Source of the DNA: Dermatophilaceae bacterium
GTDB taxonomy: Bacteria; Actinomycetota; Actinomycetes; Actinomycetales; Dermatophilaceae
Length of the DNA stretch: 50,849 bases
Reading direction: 5' to 3'
Assembly (NCBI GenBank): GCA_041746935.1
Contig: JBGTGC010000231.1
Coordinates: 1 to 50,849 of the forward strand
Under the pieces are notes generated by a model. The model was not told the DNA's origin and made no database searches. It was given only the letters and a program-made list of their open reading frames with translations. The number at the start of each line of letters is the position of its first letter. The first letter of the stretch is position 1. This document shows, in pieces, positions 19,259 to 27,535 of this stretch. The position numbers and the translations under genes were made by a program.

Positions 19259-19603
19259 ATGACGCTGTCGGCTCACCACCCGCACACCGCCGCACATCTC
19301 GATGCTGGCCTGCAACCCGAGCGCACGGCCATGGCCTGGTCCCGCACCGCGCTGGCCTGCTGTGTGGTCAGCGCGTTCACGATCCGCTGGCTCCCGGTCT
19401 ACGGCGCGGGGCTACTCGTTCTACCGGCCCTGACGTTGCTGAGCGCGGTGGCCATCTCGCTCACCCAGCAACGCCGCATACGTCGAGCCGTGGCGGGCAT
19501 CCGAGACACGACGTCGTCGGTCAATCCGGTCCCGCTGCTCTGTCTGGTCGGCTTGTGTTGGGCTCTGGGGAGCTCAAGCCTGGTGTTGGTCTGGGTGCAC
19601 TGA
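19259..19603 (+). CDS. DUF202 family membrane protein (partner of YidH)
   Basis: DAGLQPERTAMAWSRTAL; ATG 19259 lies just after the upstream stop. Confidence 0.85.
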   Translation: MTLSAHHPHTAAHLDAGLQPERTAMAWSRTALACCVVSAFTIRWLPVYGAGLLVLPALTLLSAVAISLTQQRRIRRAVAGIRDTTSSVNPVPLLCLVGLCWALGSSSLVLVWVH

Positions 19604-19607
19604 GGCG

Positions 19608-21068
19608 CTAGGCGATGATCGGCGAGTGCGCCGGTATGCCGTCACGCACCGCGGTCGGGCCACCCACCAGCGCTGCATCCCAGGCCCTCACCAGCCGAGG
19701 GATAGCCTCGGCGAGACGGTCCTGCGGCAGGACGAACGGCAGCCGCATCCACTGATCCAAGCCGCCGCCGGGGGCGAAGTTCGGCCCCGCAGCCAGCATG
19801 AGGTGCTGCTGGGCAGCCGTGGCCACGAGCGCAGTCGAGCGTTCCGCGGGGAGGCGGCACCACAACGACAACCCACCCGCCGGACGATGCACCCGCCAGG
19901 TGGGGAGGTGTTCGGCGACACCGGCCAGCAGCAGGTCGCGACCGGCCGTGAAAGCCGCTCGGCGCTGGGCCACGATCTCGGCCCGCCTGCGCAACAAGGC
20001 GGCGACGGCCAACTGCTCCAGGACTGCGGTGCCCAGGTCGAGCCGGAGGCGACTCGTCGCCATCGCGCGGACCCGGGCGCTCGGCATCCGGATCCACCCG
20101 ATCCGCAGACCGCCCCAAAACGTCTTGCTCACGCCGCCGACGGTGATCGAATCGGGCACAAAGGCAGCCAATGGCGGCGGCATAGGGGTGTCGTCGCTCG
20201 CCAACTCCACCGGCGTCTCATCGATGATCGGCACCACGCCTCTCTCGGCAAGCAGGGCGCCGATCCGCTCACGCTGAGCGGCATCCATCAACGCTCCGGT
20301 GGGGTTGTGGAAGTCCGGGACGAGGTATGCCGACCGCGCGCTGACCTGACGCAACAGCAGGTCCAGCCCAATGGGGTCCCACTGCGCGCCGTCGGCCTCG
20401 TGGTCGACGGGATGGCTCATCAAGCGACCGCCCAAGCCCTTGAAGGTGGCGATGGCGTTGGGGTAGGACGGGCTCTCGATCACTACCCGTGAGCCGCGCA
20501 GACCGAGCGCTTGGGCGGCGATGGCCGTGCTGGACAGTGCACCTGAGGTGATCAGGATTTGGTCGGCCGAGGTCGCCAGGCCGCGCTCGTTGAAACGATC
20601 GGCCACTAACCCGCGCAGCACGGGCAAGCCGGTGGGGTAATACCCAACGCCGGGGAGGTATGCCGGGCAGTCCGCCACTGCCTCGGCATACGCCTCCATC
20701 AGCCACGGTCCGGCGGCCGAGGCAGTGGTCGTGAGGTCGATGGCGTCCGGATCGGTGCCGGCCGGGGTGAGCAGATGATCGACGCGGCCACCCGGCACGA
20801 CCGGAAGGTGAAGCACGCTGCCTGAGCCTTGGCGAGTGTGCAGATATCCCTGATCGCGCAGCTCTTGGTAGGCGCGGGTGACCGTGCTGCGGCTCAACGC
20901 CATCGCGACCATCAGCTCGCGCTCGCTCGGCAGGCGTGCGCCCGCTGGGAGTCGACCGTCGGTGATGGCACCTCTGATCCGGTCGGACAACGCCGCATAC
21001 AGCGGGGGTTTGAGCCCCGCCGCGCCCACGACGAGCGCCACTGATCGGGCCGACAAGACGCGCTGCAT
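19608..21068 (-). CDS. yczR: MocR/GntR family PLP-dependent transcriptional regulator (YczR-type)
   Basis: wHTH DGRLPAGARLPSEREL..SRSTVTRAY..RQGSG plus aminotransferase-like domain (PDFHNPTG, IDET, SKTFWGGLRIGW). Start ATG 21068. Confidence 0.88.
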   Translation of the reverse strand: MQRVLSARSVALVVGAAGLKPPLYAALSDRIRGAITDGRLPAGARLPSERELMVAMALSRSTVTRAYQELRDQGYLHTRQGSGSVLHLPVVPGGRVDHLLTPAGTDPDAIDLTTTASAAGPWLMEAYAEAVADCPAYLPGVGYYPTGLPVLRGLVADRFNERGLATSADQILITSGALSSTAIAAQALGLRGSRVVIESPSYPNAIATFKGLGGRLMSHPVDHEADGAQWDPIGLDLLLRQVSARSAYLVPDFHNPTGALMDAAQRERIGALLAERGVVPIIDETPVELASDDTPMPPPLAAFVPDSITVGGVSKTFWGGLRIGWIRMPSARVRAMATSRLRLDLGTAVLEQLAVAALLRRRAEIVAQRRAAFTAGRDLLLAGVAEHLPTWRVHRPAGGLSLWCRLPAERSTALVATAAQQHLMLAAGPNFAPGGGLDQWMRLPFVLPQDRLAEAIPRLVRAWDAALVGGPTAVRDGIPAHSPIIA

Positions 21069-21086
21069 ACTCCCTAGCCTCGCATA

Positions 21087-21111
21087 ATTGGCCTCTGAGG
21101 AGCAGTCCACT
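21087..21111. promoter_or_regulatory. Putative YczR operator ATTGGCC-N11-GTCCACT
   Basis: Imperfect inverted repeat just upstream of the yczR start, with the same first half-site and spacing as the site before yczE. Confidence 0.6.
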
Positions 21112-21199
21112 CTTGGGCCCACGTCCGAGGCCCGCGATTCAATCCACAACCGCCGCGCTTCCGAATGCCTGGTGACCTATCCATCCACAGGGAGGTGTC

Positions 21200-21906
21200 A
21201 TGCCTGGACGCCGCGTTCTTCTGATCCCCGTTCAAGCGGACAAGGTCCCCCTCGGTCAGACACTGTCGAGCTTGGCCAATCACGGCATCACCCACTGCCT
21301 TGTCCACGACGCCACGTCGGCCATCACCTCGGCCCACGCCAACGGGCCCCTCATGACCATCGTCCACGGTGGGGAACCTCACGTGGCGCGACCCGGACCG
21401 TCGATAGTTTGGCCGCCAGCCCGGACCTGCAGGTGCCGATCCTGGTGCTCAAGAGAGGGCTCAGCGAGGCTGACCACAGCCGTCTCCTGTCGTCCGGGGC
21501 CAGCGACGTCCTGCCGATCACGGCGTCTCCGGCGTGGCTGCGACTGCGGGTGATGAGCATGTGTAGACACGCCGCCCCGCCGACCCAGGAAACTCAACGG
21601 TTCGTCTGCGGGCCACTGACGGTTGACGCTGGCCGCTGGGAAGCGTGGATGGACGGACACGAGATCGCTCTGACCCGCAGTGAATTCAGCCTCCTGCTCA
21701 CGCTGGTGCGCGACCCTAGCCGCGTGGTCACACGTCCTGAGCTCGCTCGGGCGATCAGTAGTCGAGGAAACGTTAAGGCCGTCGAGGCGCACATCAGTCG
21801 GCTGCGCAGGAAGGTCCTTGCCGTGAACGACTCGCGATTCATCGAACCCGTTCGCGGCGTGGGCTATCGCCTCGGGAAACTTCAGCCGGGTCAGAAAGTC
21901 GGCTAG
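21200..21906 (+). pseudogene. OmpR-family response regulator, frameshifted, with degenerate receiver domain
   Basis: RBS GGAGG precedes ATG 21200 (MPGRRVLLI..). The rest (VPILVL, GASDVLP, LTRSEFSLL, VEAHISRLRRK, IEPVRGVGYRL) is in a different frame, with the shift near 21370-21400. Could be a sequencing error. Confidence 0.65.
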
Positions 21907-21937
21907 GCCCAGGCCGCAGAGGGGCCCGACCCCTGGT

Positions 21938-22444
21938 CTATAGCGCTCTACGCCGGCTCAGTCGCACCCAATGAAACACGGACGGGACCAGCACCGCCGC
22001 GATCAAAGACCCCGTGTAGAAGGCCCAAAACAGCGACACGCTCACGAGAGCGATCCCGAGGTCGGTCACTCGGGCCGCGCTCATCGCGGCTGGTCGCAGC
22101 CGGATTTTGGGCCCGGCGGACCGCTCGGCACGAGCCTTCAAGTATCCCAACAGTACGCTCGGAACGCCTGACAGTGCGCCGCGTTCGGCGTCTCGTGTCG
22201 TCTGCTTGGCTTGCAAAGCCACCGCTCGGCGCAGGGACCAAGAGCACACCGGCGCTATCAGTCCGAGCGCAATCACGGCTGAGACGGCCCTGGCGTCCGA
22301 CAGCGCCCCCTGGGTGGCGGAGACGAAGGTCCAGCCACACGCAAGGGTGTAGAGCACGACGATGCTCGAGACCGCATAGATCTCGATCTCGGTGACCGCC
22401 CGGGCTCCGTAGCCGCGTGGGCGGCGCTTCGCTGGCTCGTCCAC
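21938..22444 (-). CDS. Hypothetical membrane protein
   Basis: GAGG RBS before GTG; about four hydrophobic segments; directly downstream of the DEAD helicase. Confidence 0.55.
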   Translation of the reverse strand: MDEPAKRRPRGYGARAVTEIEIYAVSSIVVLYTLACGWTFVSATQGALSDARAVSAVIALGLIAPVCSWSLRRAVALQAKQTTRDAERGALSGVPSVLLGYLKARAERSAGPKIRLRPAAMSAARVTDLGIALVSVSLFWAFYTGSLIAAVLVPSVFHWVRLSRRRAL

Positions 22445-22489
22445 CGCCTCATTGTGCGGGACGCGGGTGTATGCCGACCCGCCGGGCTG

Positions 22490-23869
22490 CTATCGCGCTG
22501 CGTAACCCGAGGCTCGGGTGGATCGACGACCGGCCCCACCCTGACCCGAGCGCGGACCGCCATGACGCCGTGCGCGATCATTGTTTGCGCCGTTGCTCTG
22601 TCGCCGAGCGTTGCCACCCTGCTGTCCGCGCTGACCGTTGCGCGGCGACCCCTGCCCTCGGACGGGTGCCTCGGCGGCGGGGGGCTTGACCAACACCACG
22701 CCACCAGGGGGCCTCGGGGCCAGCTCGCTGAGCATCGGATGACCGACTCGGACGCGCGTGGTGGTCGCCGTGACACCGGCAGCCCTGGTGAGGGCCTTGA
22801 CGTCGCGCACCTGGTCATCGGTCATCAGGGTGACGACGCGACCGGAGGCACCGGCACGGGCGGTGCGCCCGGAGCGGTGCAGGTATGCCTTGTGTTCGAC
22901 GGGCGGATCGGCGTGGATCACCAGGCCCACGTCATCGACGTGGATGCCGCGGGCAGCGATGTCGGTGGCCACCAGTGTCGGGGCTTGCCCGGAGTGGAAG
23001 GCTTCGAGGTTGCGGGTGCGGGCATTCTGCGCCAGGTTGCCGTGCAGCTCCACCGACGGCACGCCCCGGGCGTTCAGCTGCCGCGCGAGCTTCTTGGCAC
23101 CGTGCTTGGTGCGGGTGAAGACGAGGCTACGGCCGGGGGCCGAGGCGAGGTCGGTCAGCACATCCAGGCGGTCGGAGTGCTCGATGTGCAGGACGTGGTG
23201 CTCCATCGTGGAGACCGGCGACTGTGCCGAGTCGGCACTGTGACTCACCGGGTTGGTGAGATAGCGCTTGACCAAGATGTCGATCCCGCCATCGAGGGTC
23301 GCCGAGAACAGCATTCGCTGACCATTCTTGGGTGTGCGATCCATCAGGCGCTTCACACCGGGCAGGAAGCCCAGGTCAGCCATGTGATCGGCCTCGTCGA
23401 GCACCGTGATCTCCACCGCGTCCAACCGAGCGTGCCCCGTGTTGATCAGGTCTTCGAGTCGACCGGGACAGGCGATGAGGATGTCCACCCCGCTGGCAAG
23501 ACCTCTGGTTTGCGGCTGCTTACCCACGCCACCGAACACGGTGAGCGTGCGCATTCCCATGGCGCGCGCCAGCGGGTCGATGGCCTCGGCAATCTGACCG
23601 GCAAGTTCCCGGGTGGGGGCCAAGATGAGCGCGCGAGGCCGTTTCGACTGCCGTGGCGTGCCGGAGGCCGCTAGCCGAGCAACGAGCGGCAAAGCGAACG
23701 CATAGGTCTTGCCCGAACCTGTGCGGCCGCGCCCCAACACGTCCCGCCCGGACATCGAGTCGGGCAGCGTAGCTCGTTGAATCGGGGTCGGCTCGGTGAT
23801 CCCTCGGTGATGAAGGGCGGCGACCAGGGGGGTGGGCACGCCAAGGACAGCAAAATTCGAGAGAGACAA
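22490..23869 (-). CDS. DEAD-box RNA helicase
   Basis: Q motif PTPIQ, GRTGSGKT, PTRELA, DEAD, SAT, ATDIAARGIHV, HRSGRTAR, Arg/Gly-rich tail. Confidence 0.95.
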   Translation of the reverse strand: MSLSNFAVLGVPTPLVAALHHRGITEPTPIQRATLPDSMSGRDVLGRGRTGSGKTYAFALPLVARLAASGTPRQSKRPRALILAPTRELAGQIAEAIDPLARAMGMRTLTVFGGVGKQPQTRGLASGVDILIACPGRLEDLINTGHARLDAVEITVLDEADHMADLGFLPGVKRLMDRTPKNGQRMLFSATLDGGIDILVKRYLTNPVSHSADSAQSPVSTMEHHVLHIEHSDRLDVLTDLASAPGRSLVFTRTKHGAKKLARQLNARGVPSVELHGNLAQNARTRNLEAFHSGQAPTLVATDIAARGIHVDDVGLVIHADPPVEHKAYLHRSGRTARAGASGRVVTLMTDDQVRDVKALTRAAGVTATTTRVRVGHPMLSELAPRPPGGVVLVKPPAAEAPVRGQGSPRNGQRGQQGGNARRQSNGANNDRARRHGGPRSGQGGAGRRSTRASGYAAR

Positions 23870-24326
23870 GAAGAAAACTCCAGGGTGTTGGTGCGTGGTG
23901 TCCAGCCCAACACGCTGTGCCCGATCGGGTTCATCCGGGGGTCACGTGGCCCGCGCGATAAACGACAACGGGCACGACACTCCGAGGCAAGACTGTGCGG
24001 AGAGTTAGACCAAGACTACGCCAACAACTCATCTGGGTTCTCTGAACGGGCCGGGTTCGTGCCGTGACGTTGATCACGCTCTGGAAGCACCCTCACCCAC
24101 AGCATCGACCCCGTCAGCCGCAGTCGAAGCAGCGGTGACCAACGGAAGAGGCGTTTAGAGAATTGTCGAAAATAGATCAAATCCATACGCAAACCTGAAT
24201 AGAAGCATACCTTGAGCATAGGTTAAATTCCCTTGCCCCGCAGCATGTTTCGAATATACGGATCTATTGTTGGCATGAGTCTCAATGGAGTCGTATAGTC
24301 AAATAACCACCTAATAAGGGATTGTC

Positions 24327-24572
24327 ATGAGTTCACCAGTTTGGTTTCGCCGCACCGGCGTGCTGGTCATGCTGTCCCTGGTAGCTGCCGGGTGGGCCGG
24401 CGTCACGGGTGATCACCTTCAGGCCTCGGTCTTTGGATGCGCAACTCTGGTGCTGTTGGCGATGTCGATCATCCGGAGCGCTCGCCATGCCAGCGCCGTG
24501 ATTGCCGGCGCGGATCAGATGATCGATGACCACCGACGGCTGGCGCGATCGACTGACTCGGCCCGGGTCTGA
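24327..24572 (+). CDS. Small hypothetical membrane protein
   Basis: AAGGGA RBS-like sequence, two hydrophobic segments, 81 aa, after an AT-rich region. Confidence 0.5.
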   Translation: MSSPVWFRRTGVLVMLSLVAAGWAGVTGDHLQASVFGCATLVLLAMSIIRSARHASAVIAGADQMIDDHRRLARSTDSARV

Positions 24573-24612
24573 TCGACATCGGGATCGCCGTGTTGGATCG
24601 GGGAAAGTAGAC

Positions 24613-25452
24613 GTGACGACAACTCCTCAGCGGAACATGAGCCGCCTCAGCGAATTCGTCCACGAAGGGTTGACCTTTCCGGTCCATGACCGTGGTCCAC
24701 AACACGGGCCAGTCGTGGTCATGCTGCACGGATTCCCCCAGGACTCCTCAACCTGGGATGACGTGGCACCACGGTTGCACTCAGCGGGCCTGCGCACACT
24801 GGCCTTCGACCAGCGCGGCTACGCCCCGCACAACGCTCCCGCACGGCCGAGCGCCTACAGCGTGTCCTCGCTTGCCGCCGACGTGCTCGTCATGCTCGAG
24901 GCTGCAGGAGTCGAACATGCTCACCTTCTCGGGCACGACTGGGGCGGGGCCATCGCCTGGCATCTGGCGGGGACAACCTCCCGTGTCGACAGCGTGACCG
25001 TGCTGTCCACGCCGCATCCAGCCTCACTGATCTGGTCTTTCACGCACAGCAGGCAAGGATTGTCGAGCTACTACATGGCGCTGTTTCAACTGCCACGACT
25101 TCCCGAGCGAGTGCTGGCCCCACGATTGCACGACTTCTACATCAGGTCTGGCCTGCCGGAAAAGCAGGCCGCCAGGTACGCGGATCGCTTTGCCGATCCA
25201 GCGACGCTTACCGGTCCGCTGAACTGGTATCGGGCAATGCTCCGCCACCGGACGAGCTCCCCTCGATCGCGCGTGCCGACCACCTATATCTGGGGAAACC
25301 GGGACTTTGCGCTGGGCTCGGCCGCCGCTCGGCACACCGCACATTTCGTGCGCTCGGAGTATCGCTTCATCGAAGTGCCAGCCGGTCACTGGCTACCGGA
25401 AACTCATCCGGCACTGGTCGCCGAAGAAGTCATCCACCGCGTCCTGTGTTAG
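24613..25452 (+). CDS. Alpha/beta-fold hydrolase (epoxide hydrolase-like)
   Basis: LHGFP, DQRGY, GHDWGG nucleophile motif, LNWYRA, WGNRD, GHWLPE. Start 24613 or 24637. Confidence 0.9.
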   Translation: MTTTPQRNMSRLSEFVHEGLTFPVHDRGPQHGPVVVMLHGFPQDSSTWDDVAPRLHSAGLRTLAFDQRGYAPHNAPARPSAYSVSSLAADVLVMLEAAGVEHAHLLGHDWGGAIAWHLAGTTSRVDSVTVLSTPHPASLIWSFTHSRQGLSSYYMALFQLPRLPERVLAPRLHDFYIRSGLPEKQAARYADRFADPATLTGPLNWYRAMLRHRTSSPRSRVPTTYIWGNRDFALGSAAARHTAHFVRSEYRFIEVPAGHWLPETHPALVAEEVIHRVLC

Positions 25453-25456
25453 GGCG

Positions 25457-26191
25457 CTACTGCCTATCGGCACGCAGATGAACGTCGAAGAACGCACCGA
25501 TCCGCGCCCAGGCGTCTGCGGCCACGTCGGGCTTCGGCTCGATGCCCAGGACACGCGTCAACGGCTGCAGGACTCGTGGACCGGTGGGCAGTTCGTTCAC
25601 AAACGAGTGCCCCACTCCGGGATACTCCTTCACGTCATGCTGGATACCGTGTGTGTCCAGCGCCGCCCCCAAGTTATCCGCCGCTCCCTTCAGCGCCCTG
25701 TCCTGCGCGCCATACGAGGCCACTACCGGACACAACGCGGCAGTCGCGTCCAGATAATTCGGCAGCATGCCGTAGTTGACCGACGCCGCACCGTATCGAT
25801 CCGCGTCCGCCGTCAAGAGCGCAAATCCCCCACCCATGCAGAACCCGATGATGCCGATCCGATCGGTCACGTCCGCGCGATCAAGGAGCGCCAAGCGCGC
25901 GGTCTCGATGTCGGTAAACGCACGCCCCGTGCCGCGCAGCACGCTGCGCATGGTCGCCACCAGACACCTTCGCGCACCTCCGGCCGAATACAGGTCCACC
26001 GCCAGCGCTACATACCCCATTGCGGCCATACGGTCGGCGTGAACTCGACAATTGGCGTCGAGACCGAAAATCTCGTGGACCACAACGACCCCGGGCCAGG
26101 GACCCTCGCCGTCTGGAAGGGCTAGATATCCCTGCAGGGGCACCGATCCGCCGCGCCGCGATGATGCCACGGTGAGGTCTATGAGCATCAT
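25457..26191 (-). CDS. Dienelactone hydrolase family protein
   Basis: VVHEIFGL, GFCMGG, YPGVGHSF. Confidence 0.92.
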   Translation of the reverse strand: MMLIDLTVASSRRGGSVPLQGYLALPDGEGPWPGVVVVHEIFGLDANCRVHADRMAAMGYVALAVDLYSAGGARRCLVATMRSVLRGTGRAFTDIETARLALLDRADVTDRIGIIGFCMGGGFALLTADADRYGAASVNYGMLPNYLDATAALCPVVASYGAQDRALKGAADNLGAALDTHGIQHDVKEYPGVGHSFVNELPTGPRVLQPLTRVLGIEPKPDVAADAWARIGAFFDVHLRADRQ

Positions 26192-26240
26192 GCGAGGGTA
26201 CCGCCCGCGCGCCCTCAGATCCGTCGGCTTAGGCTGAAGG

Positions 26241-26972
26241 ATGGCTGGTCACGAGCTCAAAGATGCTGTTGTTGCTGTCGTCGGAGCCAGTGGGGTGTTG
26301 GGTTCCCACGTCGCCCGAGGGGTGGTCGGGCGGGGCGGCACGGTGATCTTGGTGGGCCGCGACGAGCAGCGGCTGACTGACCTGGGCATCGAGAGCGGCA
26401 CCATCGTCGTGGCCGACCTCAGCGACGCCAGCGCGGGCGATCACCTGGTCAAGGTCGCTCGGGAAAAATTCGGTCGGTTGGATGGAGTGATCAACGCGGC
26501 CGGGGTGGTCGCGTTCGGCAATCTCGTGGACACCGAGGACGCCGTCATCGAGGAGTTGTTCTTCACCAACGTCATCGGGCCGCTGTGGATGCTGCGCCGG
26601 ACGGCACCCCTGCTCGCTGAGTCGCAGGGTTTCGTGCTCAACATCTCCGCCGTCGTCGCCGATCAGCCGATGCCTGGGATGGCTGCGTATGCCGCCACGA
26701 AGGCCGCGCTGACGGGCGCGGATCGTGCCTTGATCCGAGAACTGCGGCGCTCCAAGATCAGCGTGTATGACGTGCGGCCGCCGCATACCGAGACCGGCTT
26801 GGTCGACCGCGCCCTGGCCGGGCTGGCCCCGAAATTGCCCGAGGGTCTGGCCCCGGAGCAGGTGGCCACGGCCATCATCGAGGCCATCGAGCAGGGCCGC
26901 CTCGACGTCTCGGCCGACGACATCACGAACGCGTCCAAGAGCAGTGACTCAGCCGATCACCACGGACAATAA
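26241..26972 (+). CDS. Short-chain dehydrogenase/reductase
   Basis: VGASGVLG, INAAG, YAATK catalytic motif. Confidence 0.9.
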   Translation: MAGHELKDAVVAVVGASGVLGSHVARGVVGRGGTVILVGRDEQRLTDLGIESGTIVVADLSDASAGDHLVKVAREKFGRLDGVINAAGVVAFGNLVDTEDAVIEELFFTNVIGPLWMLRRTAPLLAESQGFVLNISAVVADQPMPGMAAYAATKAALTGADRALIRELRRSKISVYDVRPPHTETGLVDRALAGLAPKLPEGLAPEQVATAIIEAIEQGRLDVSADDITNASKSSDSADHHGQ

Positions 26973-26981
26973 GGAGGCGGC

Positions 26982-27185
26982 ATGGCGTTCAGCAACGGAG
27001 ACACAGTGACCTGGAAGACCCCCCAGGGGCCGACTCACGGCATCGTCAAGCAAAAGCGGGTCAACGACTTCGAGTTCGAAGGGCAGAACTTCAAGCCCAC
27101 CGACGATGACCCCTACTACATCGTGGAGTCGGAGAAGACCGGCTCCAAGGCTGCACACAAGGAGTCGGCGCTCACGCCGATATGA
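26982..27185 (+). CDS. DUF2945 (Tudor-like) small protein
   Basis: GDTVTWKTPQG.T.G, PYYIVESEKTG..AAHKESAL; AAGGAGG RBS. Confidence 0.82.
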   Translation: MAFSNGDTVTWKTPQGPTHGIVKQKRVNDFEFEGQNFKPTDDDPYYIVESEKTGSKAAHKESALTPI

Positions 27186-27268
27186 TTAGTTGGGCCAGTC
27201 GGGTTAACGTTCGCCGTACATTGGCGTCGCAGCCCGCCGTCCCCTCACCTGCTCAAGGAGTACCCACC

Positions 27269-27535
27269 GTGATCATCGACATCCTCGGATTCCTCATCTT
27301 CGGCCTCTTCGTCGGCGCCGTCGCCCGACTGATCAAGCCCGGCAAGCAGAACCTCAGCATCGTCATGACGTTGTTGCTCGGTGTGGTCGGGTCCGTCATC
27401 GGCGGTCTGATTGCCTCCGCGATCGGCTCCGGTGACATCTTCGAGCTCAATATCATTGGCGCCATCGTGGCGATCATCGCCGCCGTGCTCCTGATCGGTG
27501 TCGCCGAGGGGCTGTCCAACAAAAAGGTCAATTAG
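27269..27535 (+). CDS. GlsB/YeaQ/YmgE family stress-response membrane protein
   Basis: [27 protein letters not shown]; AAGGAG RBS before GTG 27269. Confidence 0.87.
   Translation: MIIDILGFLIFGLFVGAVARLIKPGKQNLSIVMTLLLGVVGSVIGGLIASAIGSGDIFELNIIGAIVAIIAAVLLIGVAEGLSNKKVN

Noticed and set aside
21072-21080. ccctagcct shared with 41393-41401 as a target-site duplication bounding a 20-kb island
   Set aside because: It is only 9 nt, overlaps the probable yczR promoter, and there is no integrase; not distinguishable from chance.
21370-21400. Programmed ribosomal frameshift in the response regulator
   Set aside because: No slippery heptamer or homopolymer run is visible; mutation or sequencing error is more likely.
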